Shown here: piece by piece, positions 38,249 to 51,479 of the stretch | Position numbering within the stretch: the stretch's first letter is position 1 | How the letters are laid out: every line of letters begins with the position of its first letter | From: Mobula birostris | Lineage: Eukaryota | DNA: 64,000 nt | Assembly (NCBI RefSeq): GCF_030028105.1 | Contig: NC_092383.1 | Location: forward strand, 87,129,921 to 87,193,920 | Direction: 5' to 3' | Position numbers and translations under genes: made by a program | Notes under the pieces: generated by a model | What the model was told of the DNA's origin: nothing | What the model saw: the letters and a program-made list of their open reading frames with translations, nothing else | The model's database searches: none

Positions 38249-38563
38249 GTGGGCACGTGGCGAAGTGGTTAAGGCATTGGACTAGCAACCTGAAGGTCAT
38301 GAGTTTGAGCCCCAGCCGAGGGAACGTGCTGTGTCCTTGACCAAGGCACTTAATCACACATTGCTCTGTGACAACACTGGTGCCAAGCTGTATGGGTCCT
38401 AACGCCCTTCCCTTGGACAACATTGGTGTCGCGGAGAGGGGAGACTTGCAGCATTAGCAACTGCTGCTCTTCCATACAACCTTGCCCAGGCCTGCGCCCT
38501 GGAGAGTGAAGACTTTCCAGGCACAGATCCTTGGTCTCGCAAGACTAACGGATGCCTTTACTT
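38249..38563 (+). mobile_element. tRNA-headed SINE with 14-bp TSD, private to copy B
   Basis: A-box TGGCGAAGTGG and B-box GAGTTTGAGCC. TSD TTAGCTG(T/C)AGATGT at 38235-38248 and 38564-38577. Empty site in copy A near 18520-18532. Confidence 0.85.
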
Positions 38564-40388
38564 TTAGCTGCAGATGTATGAAACCCTGACTATCTATTCA
38601 TTTCCATTGATGCTGCTTGAGCTGCTGAGTTCCTCCAGCATTTTGTGTGTGTTGCTTTTGATTTCATTGTGGTGTGAGGGTCGTGGTGATGCAAGAATGT
38701 GGCTGATTTATATTTTCCTGAATTTTACTTACTGACTTTGCAATTGTTTATAAACACTCAATTTCGTATTGATAAGTAGATAAATGATAAATAAATTCTG
38801 TATACACGGAGAGCTTTTGTTACTTTGGGTTTGTTTGAGATGTAACTGTACAGTATATTAGCCTTGAATGTGTATCTGCTTAAATTCTGTATATTGTTAC
38901 TATGAGTGCTGACTCTATTCCATCAGTCACTGCTGTCATTGTGTAATGTTCGCCCTTAGCAAAGGATGTGGTTAGAACTTCTGTCTTCTTTATTTGTCTT
39001 ACCAAACAGAATTTATGGAAGTACCAATAGATGCTACACATTGAGAGATCATTGCTGTCACCATGTTCAGATATGGCCCATGTGAGGATTGAGAGACAGT
39101 GAAGTGGATTTATAGTTCACAGACTTTTAAGTGAACAGAGATAGAGGAATAAATCAATAAACGCTAAGCCAAACAGGGCTGTTAACTAAAACTCTCAAAA
39201 GGAAATGAAGACAGCACTACGCTGAAAGGAATAACTATGTATAAAATGAATACCGCTAGTCTTCAGAGTCAGTTGGCTCAACAGTCCAATTTCTCTGGCT
39301 ATGCTGAATGCACGCAGGCAATAAAACATTGCTGTCTATAGAAGACCATTCCACAAATTTACTGCTCTTTGGCTAAAAAAAAATTCTTCCTTACTTCTGT
39401 TCTAAAGGGTCACCCCTCAATTTTGAGGCTGTGCCCTCTAGTTCTGGAACACAGAACATAGAACAGCACAGCACATTTCAGGCCCTTTGGCCCACAGTTT
39501 TGTTCCAATCTATAGTCCATGATGAACCTAATCCTTCCATCCTGCAAAGCCTGTAACAGTCTGTTTCCATACATAAATGTACGTGCCTATCTAAGAGCCT
39601 CTAAATGTCCATATTGTATCAGCCTCTACCTCCATGCCAGCAGTGCGTCCCAGGAACTCATCAATCTATGTAAAAAAAACTTACCTCTTACATCTCCCCT
39701 AAACTTTCCCCCCACTCACCTTAAATGAATGTCCTCTGAATTGGTCATTGTCACCATGAGAAAGAAGTGCTGGCTGTCCACTCAATCTATGCCTTATACA
39801 CCTCTTCTACATCACTCCACCAAGTTACCTCTCACCCTCCTTTGCTCCAAAGAGAAAATCCCTGGCTCGCTCAACACTTACTGTTTCCTCAAAAGTCATG
39901 TTTTCTGATCCAGGCAGCATTTTGGTAAACCTCCTCTGCACCCTCTCTACAGCTTTGGCAAGCTTCCAACAATGAGGCAATCAGAACTGAACTAAATTCT
40001 CCAAGTGTGATTGAAACAGAGTTTTATGGAGTTGTAACATTAGCTTGTGGCTCTTGAACTCAATCTCTCGACTAGTGAGGTCCAGCACATCATACACATG
40101 CTTTAACACCTTTTCAACTTGTGCAGCAACTGTGAGGAATCTACAGACTCTGAGACTAATATGCTTCTGTACCTCAATATTGCTACGATTAACCAGCCTT
40201 CAAGTTCGATCCTCCAAATTTATCACTTCACATTTTTCTGAGTTAAACTTCATCAATCACTTCTCCACCCAGCACGCCATCCTGTCTTAACCCTGTTGTA
40301 ACTTACAACAAGGCTCTGTACCATCCACAGCACCGATAATATTTGCGTCACATGCAAACTTATGTACATATGGAACTGCGCAGAAGTT

Positions 40389-40838
40389 GCTTTCAAAGAA
40401 AAAGATCTGTGAAGTTTTGAAATACCAAATATTTACTATAAAGAGCAGTAAATAGTAAAAAAAAATAAATCAAATCAATATTTGGTGTGATGATCCTTTC
40501 TCTTTAAAACTGCATCAATTCTGTCAGACAAAGAAAGCCAAGGTGCTTTCAAAGAAAATGAACTGTGAAGTTTTGAAATACCAAATATTTACTATAAAGA
40601 GCAGTAAATAGTAAAAAAAATAAATCAAATCAATATTTGGTGTGATGATCCTTTCTCTTTAAAACTGCATCAATTCTGTCAGACAAAGAAAGCCAAGGTG
40701 CTTTCAAAGAAAATGAACTGTGAAGTTTTGAAATACCAAATATTTACTATAAAGAGCAGTAAATAGTAAAAAAAAATAAATCAAATCAATATTTGGTGTG
40801 ATGATCCTTTCTCTTTAAAACTGCATCAATTCTCTCAG
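40389..40838. repeat. Tandem triplication of a 155-156 bp unit
   Basis: Units start at 40389, 40545 and 40700. Single copy in A at about 20381-20527. Confidence 0.9.
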
Positions 40839-42174
40839 ATACACTGTTGTGCCGTTTTATAAGAAATTGTCTGGTAGGTTGCCATAGTTCTTCTCCAGAC
40901 TTTGGCTGCCACACTTGCTTCTGATTCTCCAGGTAATCCCAGACAGCCTCAGTGATGTTGAGATCATGGCTCTGTGGAGGCCATACCATCTGAAACCATA
41001 TAAAAACTCTTGTGTGCCTAAATCTGTACACTGGAGTTTTTAAGTAATATTACGAAGCTTGTTCATACGTAGAAGTGTCCATCAGTCAGGAATTCATAAC
41101 CCGGGAATGAACTGCATGGTCTTTTATCCTACACATCACTCCTCCCACCAGATCTGCTTTGTAAACTGACACTCTTCCACTTTTAACCCAGATCTGAGCA
41201 GAGTTACTGACGTAAAACCTAATGAAGTGGCCACTGAGTTTTTAAAGGCCGAAACCTGTGAGATATCCATCACCTCTTTGGTGGCTTTCAGGAAGAAATG
41301 AAATTGTGACTGGGTTCAGTGACTTGCAGAAGCATTTGGCACTGAATTTGGAAAAAGTTCTGGTAATCTACGCTGAGGCTGAGTAAGAGGAGAAGGAGTT
41401 TGATGTTCTTCAGGCATATCAACGAGATGGGCATTTCTACATTCAGCAAACTTAACCCAGAGACAAGCATGTCATCACTCCCGGGACATCTAATGCATGG
41501 ACCTTTCTCAGAGGAGACATGGATGAGACAGAAATCTCTCATCCCTACCCGCCAAGGTTTACCTTTGACTCCAGATCTCATAATATTCTTTCTTAATTGC
41601 ACACTGAAATGGCCCAGGAAAGACACTGATTTCAAGACAATAACATCGAATATCACAGTGATCCCTGCAGTGTGAGATCAGATTCCAGCAATGGGAGACC
41701 TGATGATTCTGCTTAACAGCCTCCAGGAGATATCTCCAGCTGGACATATTCTCTCCACCCCCCCCCCACCCCCCCAGCTGGCTCCACTCTATTACCCTTT
41801 TCGTGTTGTCTTCTTCCATCAGTCACCAAGCTCCAAACTCCAATACTTTTCCTCCCCATTCCATCTGCTTGCCATGCTTCACCCATCCTCAGTTTCCAAC
41901 CACCAAGAGAATTCAGTCTCAGACCTCTCTTTCTCCTATTTACATTCTCTCACTCTCCACTCTGACTTCATGCAGATTCTTGACCCAAAACCTGGTCTAG
42001 TCCCTCCACACTGACAGACATTTCTTGGCACATTGACTTCCTCCGGAAGTCTGCTCTAAAATCCAGATTCCAACATCTTCACTGTCTACACTTACTCAAG
42101 CACTGCTCTGTAAACTATGCATGACCCCAAACCAACACTGCTTACACAGAAGTCTAGTGTTGTTTGTCACTCAC

Positions 42175-42214
42175 AGGTCAGGAAACCAATCAGAAGAATC
42201 AAAGTCCATAACAT
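42175..42214 (-). other. Orphan leader exon B2 (MLWTLILLIGFLT, phase 1); V exon deleted
   Basis: 40-nt ATG exon with a GTGAGT donor. Invariant 20-mer at 42275-42294. Same deletion junction as A2 (after 41526). Confidence 0.8.
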
Positions 42215-44099
42215 TTTATCGACAGAGACCCAGCCAGGACCTGTCTGTTCTCAGAAATCAATGACTAAAATTAAAATGAGGAAGAAGGCAGCAGGATGTT
42301 TGGTCAAAAAACAACAGTGACCCAGGTGGTTTGTGGTACGTGACTATCTGAAAGGCTTTTAGTTATATTTAGCAAGACAGGAACATTTAAACAATTCCCA
42401 AAGTCTAAATGAAGTGGTGAGAAGTGTTAAAGTATTGGACACAAGCACCATTAAATGTGCAAATCTGAAGGAAAAATAAACAGCTGGAGGTGTTCTGATT
42501 AATCTGAAATGTTGACCACTCTGTCTCCGCAGATCCCGCCTGACTCCTGAAGGCAGGAGAATGGGGTTGAGAGAGAAAATAAATCAGCCAGGGGAGTGAT
42601 GGACTTACACTCCAAGATTTGGACATCGTTCTGGATCTGCCTTGGAGATAATTCAAACAAACATGTTCTGGGGAACTTGCTGCTGAGAAAGGAGCAAAGT
42701 AGGAAAGAGCTGTCATGCAGAAGGGCTTTTCATGCAAAGTAACCATGCAGTACATCCATTCATTTCCATAGATTCTGCCAGGCCTTCTGAATTCCTCCAG
42801 CATTTTGTGTTGTTGCTTTTGGTTTTATTATAGTCGAGGGTTAAGGTGATCCAAGAATGTACATTGTACAGTATGAGTGCTGACAGTCTGTACATTGTAC
42901 AGTATGTGTGCTGATTCCATTGCATCAGTCACTGTTGTCATCTGTGTAATGTTCACCCTCAGTGAAGGATGTGGTCAGAACTTCCGTATTCTTTACTTGT
43001 CTTACCAGAAAGAATATAGAGAAGTGTCAATGGTTGCTACACACTGACAGCTTGTTCTGGTCTCTTCCGATATTGCCCCATCACTTCTTGGAAAACGTCT
43101 CAACAGCCATGGTTCAATATGCTGATGAGAACAAATGCAGAGATACAAAAAATCTTCAGCAAAGCATTTTGTTTGAGCAACTATATCACTGACCAACAAT
43201 AACAATTTGGCTATTTTACCATTGTGTTTAAATCTAATAATGGTTGTATGCACACTTTTAAATACAATGGTGGGATTATAAAACATTTACAACTCTGAAG
43301 TTGAAAAGTTATCCAAGAACTACAGCTTTGTAAGTTATTGGTCCGACTGCACTTGAGAATATGGTGAACAGTATTGGGCCCCTTATCTTCGAAAGGGTGT
43401 GCTGTAATTGGAAAGGTGTCCAGAGGAGGTTCCCCAGAACGATCCCAGCGGTGAGAGGGTTAATGTATGAGGAGCGTTTGATGGCTATGGACCTGTACTC
43501 ACTGGAGTTTAGAAGAATGGTGGGTGTGGTGGGGGTGGGCGGGGTTCTCAATAAAATCTCTTGTATTGTGAAGGGCCAAGAAGCTAGATGGAGTGTATGT
43601 GGAGAGGATGTTTCCTATGGTGGGTGAGTCCCAGATGAGAAGGTGCTGTTCCTTCAGAATTCATTTGACAGACTGCAGTGGAGGACAAATCATTAGATAT
43701 ATTGAAAGTGGAGGTTGATATGTTTTTGATTTGTAAAGGTGTTAAAGGTTATGGGGAGAATAAGGTTGAGGGGGATAATAATTCAGCCATAATAGAATGA
43801 GGAACAGACTCAATGGGCTGAATGGACTCAGTTTTAACAGGTCCAGATTCACAAGTGGGATCACTGCATCTGGAATTATCTCCGGCTCATCAACATCCAT
43901 CAGATAACCCTGAGCTGAAGATGTAATGAGCTCCAAACAGACTCTGGTGTTACTGCTTCACGTCCTCACAGAGTATGTAAACGATATTATGTGATATTCC
44001 TCAGTGTCAGTGAGGCGTTTCAAGGTTCAAAATTCAAATTAAATTTATTACCAAATATGTGCTTGTCACCATTTATGATCCTGATTAGAAAGGACGTAC

Positions 44100-45510
44100 A
44101 ACAAACCAAAATTAATGGGAAGATAGAGGATTGGAAAGCTTTTAAAAACTTACAGAGAACAACTAAAAAATCATTAGAAGGGAAAAGATGAAATATGAGA
44201 GCAAGCTAGACATCGGACCGCTAGAAAATGAGGCAGGAGAAATAATAACGGGACATGGAGATGGCTGATGAAATAAATAAGTATTTAGCATCAGTCTCCA
44301 CTGTGGAAAACACTGGCAGAATGCCTGATTTTGTAGTGCATGAAGGAAGAGAAGTTGGTGCAGGTACTATTACAAGAGAGAATGTGCTCAAAAAGCTGAA
44401 AGACCAAAAGGTACATAAGTCTTCCAGACTAAATGAACTACACTCTAGGTTCTGAAGGAGGTAGTGTTAGAGATTGTAGTGGCATTAGAAATGATCTTTC
44501 AAAAATCTTTGGACTCTGGCATGGTGCCAGAAGACTCGAAAATGACAAATGTCACTCCACTCTTTAAGAACGGAGAAAGTCAACAGAAAGGAAATTACAG
44601 ACCAGTTAGCCTGACCTCAGTGTTTGGGAAGATGTTAGAGTGAATTGTTAAGGATGAGGTGATGGAGTACTTGGTGACACATGACAAGATAGGACAAAGT
44701 CAGCATGGTTTCCTTCAGGGAAAATCTTGACTGGCGAACCTGTTGGAATTCTTTGAGGAGATTACATGTAGGATAGATAAAGAGGATGCAGTGGATTTTC
44801 AGAAGGCCTTTAATAAGGTGCCACACATGAGGCTGCTTACCAAGTTAAGAGCCCATGGTATTACAGGAAAGTTACTGGAATGGTATTGGAAGCGGGCAGC
44901 GAGTGGGAATAAAAGGATCCTTGTCTGGTTGGCTGCCAGTGACTAGTGGTGTTCCGCAGGGGTTGGTTTTGGGACCACTTCTTTCTAGGCTTTATATAAA
45001 TGATTTAGATGATAGAATCATTTGTTGCCAAGTTTGCAGATGATACAAAGATTGGTGGAGGGGCAGGTGGTGTTGAGGAAATAGGTAGGATGCAGAAGGA
45101 CTTAGACAGATTGGGAGAAAGGGCAAGAAAGTGGCAATTGAAATACAATGTTGGAAAATGCATGGTCATGCACTTTGGTGATACAAGTAAATGTGCAGTC
45201 TGACGATGTTTCCCATGGTGGGAGACTCTAGGACAACTGGGCACAGCCTCAGGTTAGAGGGTCCCCTTTCAAAACAGGGATGTGGAGAAATTTCTTTAGC
45301 CGAAGGGTGGTGCATTTGTGGAATCTGTCGCCACATGCAGCTGTGGAGGTCAGGTTGTTGGGTGTATTTAAGGAAGAGATTGATAGGTTCTTGATTGGAC
45401 ATGGCATCAAATGTTACAGGGAAAACTGTGTTGAGGAAGAGAAAAAATAAGGATCAGCTATGATTGAATGGGGGAGCAGACTCGATGGGCCAGATGGCCT
45501 TATTCTTTAC
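44100..45510 (+). mobile_element. Decayed CR1 LINE, copy B
   Basis: Paralog of 23790-25220. Confidence 0.8.
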
Positions 45511-45570
45511 CTATATTTTATGCATTATAATGATGATAATGCAGTTCACTTTCTCTCATTTTCAAGACCC

Positions 45571-45601
45571 TTTATTGTACATTCATGGGTTACAGTCAGT
45601 T
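45571..45601 (-). other. Candidate terminal exon (AAC TGA, AATAAA at 45576-45571), copy B
   Basis: TTTTCTCAG acceptor, one codon, TGA and a poly(A) signal. Confidence 0.4.
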
Positions 45602-45884
45602 CTGAGAAAATTCACACCTTCCATTTGCAGATTCACACCCTGATGAGCAATGCAAGCTGCAATATTTGCAGCTCACTCATTTTATTCAGCACCCAAGTTT
45701 ACTCCCATTGTTTGTTCTCTTTTAAGATCTTTGTATAGTGACTGGAAATATTCATCATGTGTCTCTTTCTCCCTCCATTTCCACAAAATGTGTCATAAAA
45801 ACTCAGCAATCATGCACCTTATCAAATTTGAAAGTACATTCGCTAAATTTGTTATCAAAGTTTGTATATGTCACCATATCCTAC

Positions 45885-45899
45885 CTTGAGATTCATTTT
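45885..45899 (-). other. Candidate 15-nt cytoplasmic micro-exon (KMNLK), copy B
   Basis: Phase 0/0, compatible with the phase-0 donor of the TM exon at 52831. Confidence 0.3.
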
Positions 45900-46379
45900 C
45901 TTGCAGTAGATCAAAGAAATACAATAGATCAAATACTGATCAAGTAATGGAGACAGGGTTCATACCTGAGAGTGGTCCGAGAGTGAGAAACAACCCGAAG
46001 TTTGGACAATTTAAGGGCTGGGTCAGAAGAAGAGGTCAGAGTGTCGGGGCTGGAAGCGAGGCGAGGGCAAGTCTGCAGTGATGCTTGGCTTTGTGATTAG
46101 GGTCTTGCACCATTTACTCGGCTTTGGGATGAACTGTGGCAGTTACCTGCTCCGGCTGCATTAATGTCTGGCTTTGTGTCGTTCGTAAGCCTCTGGTCTG
46201 AATGCTATTTGCTTGCTTTTTTTTCTTTGTGAGATATGTTCTGTGCATTGGGTGTTTGATGGTCTTGTTTTTGGTGGTTTCTTTGTTTTGTGGCTGCCGG
46301 TAAGGTGACGAATCTCAAGGTTGTATAGCGTATATATGTCTCGATAATAAATGTATATTTTTACATTGAATTTGCATAT

Positions 46380-47250
46380 GGTTACTATTAGAATATCCCT
46401 GATCTCTCGGGCATTTGTTCCTTTCAGCAGACCTTCAGGAGCAATGCATGTAGTCCAGGAGTGCTGTTCCCCTTTTTTGAAGATCTCGACTGGGATCCCA
46501 TCAAGACGAATGGCTTCATTGCTTTTCAGGCTTCTGATGGCATCGTGCACCTCTTTCCTACTGGAAGGTTCCCCCATGTCTTCTTTCTCAGATCTCTGGA
46601 GGATTTGCTTAGTAATTTCTGGTTCAGCAGTACTGTCGCAGTTCAGAAGTTCTCTCTCCATTAGTCATTGATATCCTTCCATTGTTTTAGCAATTTCTAT
46701 CCATCCTTCGAGCGCAGGGGTTTTAATCTGCAGTAACTTAGTCTATAGACTGCTTTGGTGGCAATAAAGATGCCTCTCGTTTCACTAGAGTCTGACAGCC
46801 TCAGGATTTCCAGGGCTTCCTCAGTCCACCAAAAATTCTTTCACTCCCTCACCTTGTGCTGGACATTTGCTTTCGAGTAAGCTTCTCCTTTTGTCTTGCT
46901 GCCAATGTCATTCTGCTTGGCACAAAAGGCTTTCCTTTTCTTGGAGATAAGTTGCTCTATCTCTATGTTGTTATCAACAACTGAATCCCGATGTTTTCTG
47001 GACATCTCCCAAGGATATTTTTGCAGATATTGAGGATGCTGGATTTAGTCTTGGCCTAATCTACTTCTTATGAAACCTAATCTTTTTCATGAGTCCGAAG
47101 GACATCAGAATTTTTCATGAGTCTGATGATGACCATGGTACGAAAAACAGTTGAGCTCAGAACATTGGTCAACAACTGGAATAATGTTTTTGCAGCCATT
47201 AGTGAGACTGGGGTAGGACTGTCAACTCAATATTCTGGAGTTCCATTGTT
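46380..47250 (-). mobile_element. RTE-clade LINE fragment, copy B
   Basis: Paralog of 26090-26980. Confidence 0.7.
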
Positions 47251-47853
47251 TCAGACCCTTCAGAGCAGGAGGGATTAAAGGAGGAGGTGTGGCATTACAT
47301 GTCAAGGAAAATGTCACAGCAGTCCTAACAAAGTCCAAACGAGAGATGATGCGGTATTTGATCTGCTGTTAGGGAATGATGCAGGGCAGTGGATAACAAT
47401 AGATGTAGGGGAATACTTTGCATCTGGTGATAACAATGCCATTGGTTTCAAAGTAAATATACAAAGAAATAGGTCTGGTATGCAGATTGAGTTTCTGAAT
47501 CAGAGAAAGGTCATTTTTGTTGGTATCAGAGAGGATCTGGCAAGTGTGGATTGGGGCAGAGTGTTTTCTGGGAAAGGAGACTTGATAAGAGGGAGGCCTT
47601 CAAAAGTGAAATTCTGAGAATACAAAGATTGTATGTGACTGTCAGATTAAAAGGTATAGATAACAGGCCTACAGAACCTTGGTTTTCCAGAGATATTGAA
47701 GCCATGGTTAAGTAAAAAAAGGCTGTGCTTAGCAGGTAGAGGGAGGTAGGAAAGATAAGAAATGAAAGCGAGTACTTAAGAAAGAAATCAAGAGGGCTAA
47801 ATAAAGGCACAACTGACAAGATGAAGGAGAAGCCTAAGGTATTCTGCAGATAT

Positions 47854-48714
47854 TGTTACATACCTCGAGAGCTTGTGATTTATTTTTTTGTGAGAATGAT
47901 GTAATGGTCTTTAGGAGGTCACCTGATGTAATTTTCCTGCCGATGTGAGGTCACGTGATGACATGTGCACCACGGATATATAAGGGAAGACCTCAGATGA
48001 CGCAGTTAGTTTTTTAGTTTTTAGTTTTCCAGCTGGAATGTTAATGTGTCTCCGTTTCTGTTGCGTATTTGTTTTTATGATGCAGTCTCATTTTTAAAAC
48101 GGAGTGTTACGTTCTGTTGCAAAGTACAACAGTGCTGGACTGGAAATTTTTGCTAGATGTGTTGATGTACCTTATTCCAGCAGTAGTACGGGAGAGTGAA
48201 GACTTTATCGAAGTACAGGTCCCGAAGGATTGAGAGAAGTCGGCATCGTTCGGCTGTTTAACAAAGGATCGACCTTATTGAGTCTTTGTTGAAGGAGTAG
48301 CGACCTGCATCGAAGATAACTCTTGCCAAAAGAGAAAAGAGTTCATGCAAGGTGCTCTCTAGAATTTAAGGTCAGTTGTTTTAAATTGTTTATTTCCTGC
48401 ATTGTGAATCCTTTGGACAGAACCAACAGGAAAGTCGCGTCTATGAAGAAATCCTTCTCCAGAGAACTCTCTCCCAATTGAACGTATAAATCTGTTGGAC
48501 TTTCAAATTTACCGTTTTAAGAACTATACCTGACTTTACCGCTTTAAGAACTGTTTTCACATTTGACACTTTAAGAACCAGTGGCGAGTGCGGTTAAATT
48601 ACAGTTAAGGTTTTTGTTTGTTTTTTTCTATTGTTTATCTGTGTTTAATAAATGTTTGGTTGTTTTTATATAACCTGTCTTGATTTGATATTCATTGTTG
48701 CTGGTTACGTAACA
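47854..48714 (+). mobile_element. Solo LTR with ATAT TSD, copy B
   Basis: TGTTAC...GTAACA; ATAT at 47850-47853 and 48715-48718. Confidence 0.85.
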
Positions 48715-49995
48715 ATATGATAAGAACAAAATGATTGCAAGGGACAAAATCAGTTCTCTGGATGATCAGAATGGTACACCCATGCATGGAGGCAGATGAA
48801 ATGGGGGGGGGGGGATCTCAGATGCATTTTTTCCCTCAGCATTTACTCAGGAGACAGGCGCAGAGCTTATAGCAGTCACACAAATTGGCATCAATGTCAT
48901 TGACTCTGTACAAATTACAAAGGAGGAGGTGGTTGCTGTCTTGAAGTAAATTAGGGTGGACAAATCCCCAGGGTCTGAGAAAGTGTTCCCTCAGACCCTG
49001 CCAGAAGCAAGTGCAGAAATTGCTGGGTCCCTTGCAGAGATAATTAAGTCTTCCTTAGCAATAGGTGAGGTCCCAGAGGATTTGAGGATAGCCAATGTTG
49101 TTAGGATATTTAAAAAATGCTCTAAAAATAATCCAAGAAATTATAGGTCAATGATCCTGACATCAATAGTGGGAAAGTAATTAGAAGATATGCTAAAGAG
49201 CTAGAAGCATGAGTATTTGGATAGATATGGACTGATTAGATTTAGTTAGCATGGCCTTGTGCATGGTAGGTCATGTCTAACCAATCTTATCGAATTTTGC
49301 TAGGAAGTTACCAGGAAAATGGATGAAGGCAAGGCAGTCGATGTTGCTACATGGACTTTAGCAAAGCATTTGACAAGGTCCCACATGGGAAGTTCATCAA
49401 GAAGATTCATTCCATCAGCATTCAAGATGAGGTAGTAAATTGTATCAGTCCTTGGCTTTGGGGGAGAAGCCAGGGAGTGGCAGTAGATGGTTGCATCTCC
49501 GACTGAAGGTCCGTGACTATTGGAACGGCATAGTATCAGTGCTGGGTGGTTGATGTTCGTCATTTATGTCAAAAATCTGGATGACAGTGTGGTTCACTGG
49601 ATCAGCAAATTTGCGGATGACACCAAGATTGGGGGGGGGGGCGGGTAGTGGATACCTAGGAAGACTATAATGGCTTGTAGCAGGTTCTGAACCAGCTGGA
49701 TAAATAGGTTGAAAAATGGAAGATGGAATTTAATGCAGACAAGTGAGAGGTGTTGCGCTTCAGTAGGACCAACCAGAGTAGGTCTTACACAGTGAACGGT
49801 AGAGCACTGAGGAGTGTGGTAGAACAAAATGATCTGAGAGTAAAGGTCTATAATTAATTGAAAATGCCATCACAGTTTGATAGGGTCATAATAAAGCTTT
49901 CGGCACATTGGCCATTATAAGTTAAAGAAAAATCAAAATATTGAGTACAGGAGATGGGATGTTATGTTGAAGTTGTATAAGAAATTGGTAAGGCC
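48715..49995 (+). mobile_element. Decayed CR1 LINE continuing past the duplication end
   Basis: DKSPG.EK.FP.TL.EAS.EIAG, FADDTK and VRPNLEYC remnants. Confidence 0.75.
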
Positions 49996-51479
49996 TAATT
50001 TGGAGTATTGTGTGCTCGTGATGATGAGATTGTGCTCAGCACATTTGATGAATTGTTGTCCATTTGATATTATTCAGTACCTGATATTACTTTCCATTGG
50101 TCAGTGTCCTTTGTACAGTAACAGCAAATGTGCTCAAAGTGAATAACATTGAGGTATTTCTCTGAGTAATAATATTCCTGAATATAAAAGGAAAAATATG
50201 TATCTATCTGAAATGAATTCTGTAATTGATAGAAATATTCAACAGGTCAGCCAGTACAAGGAGAATAACAAAGCTAATAATTTGGGTCAACATTTTTCAA
50301 TAAAATCATTCCATTGGGATGTCTTGATCTGGAGATTATTTGATTCCTTCTCCAAAAAATTTCCAGCTATTGACACCTTAAGGAGAATCTAGGGCCCTGA
50401 ACTCATGAATAAAGTAATATTCTAAACAGAAGGAATGGATGAATTTTTCATTGAAAACTGAACTTTATGAAGAGCTTTCATTAATATGTTTATAATTGTT
50501 TATTGAAATAACCAACTGTGAAGATAATAATTTGAATCTAACTGAACAGATTTTAACATGAAAAAGGATCTACTGTTTTCCTGGTGTATATGACAAATAA
50601 ACTTTAATCGGGCTTCAAGCGGGCACACGTATTGATTATAACCAACGCTTTGATGACAAAATCTGTCATCTTCTTCAGAGATGTTGGTTAGAATCAATTC
50701 CAGTACCTGAACGGGAGCCCGAAAAGAGATGTCAACATGGTAAAAGAATTTTGAGCAATTCATGATTATAAAAAGGTTAAAAATTGATGCTGGGTTTATG
50801 CAAGGTAACGAGAGAAGATGTTATAATATTAAGATCAGTGTGGGTGAAGGGTTGCAAGTGGATTTCTATTAAACAAAGCCAGTATCTTGAAGCTTGACAA
50901 GATTATTTTGTTTGATATCAATTTCATTGTCAATGTTTTAATGACAAGATATTAATTCTGTATGAAAGTTCTACAAAGGATGATGAACAATGACACCTAA
51001 TCTTGGTGCAAAACTCCCCCAAGGTCGGTGTAATCTGGGTTCATTCTCTTTTTATCTCATGGACCAAACTGTGAGGATCTGATTGATCACATCTCTGTAA
51101 AAGCAAAAGTGAAATTATCAGATTGATTGACACAGGGAACCATGCAATACTGTATGATTCTATGCACCTGTGATGTTGAACTCATTGCACTGATGTATAC
51201 ACACGCTTGTGCATTGGGCAATAAAGTGGATGTTGACTTTGATTTACATTTCATGCAGGCATCTCGCAGCAGAGTTCTGTCTGACACACAGTGTCCAATA
51301 TATTTTCTTGTCGAACACTTGAGTTCATTCTACATATGGAGGAAGTGTGAAAACCTACTTGCAGTCTATCATCTTCATGCAACTATGGTTGGACAAAAGG
51401 TTAAAAGTTCATTTGTGATCTTTTTTTCCTTTAAATAGCCAGCATATTGGAATGAATTTGGAGTGAAGGAGGATGGCAA

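Larger units (their letters stand above)
29491..48806. repeat. Segmental duplication copy B
   Basis: Collinear with 11823-28540, plus private insertions (Rex1/Babar LINE, SINE, 155-bp triplication). Confidence 0.93.

Noticed and set aside
40389-40838. CRISPR-like or other regularly spaced array
   Set aside because: Plain tandem duplication with no unique spacers, in a vertebrate context.
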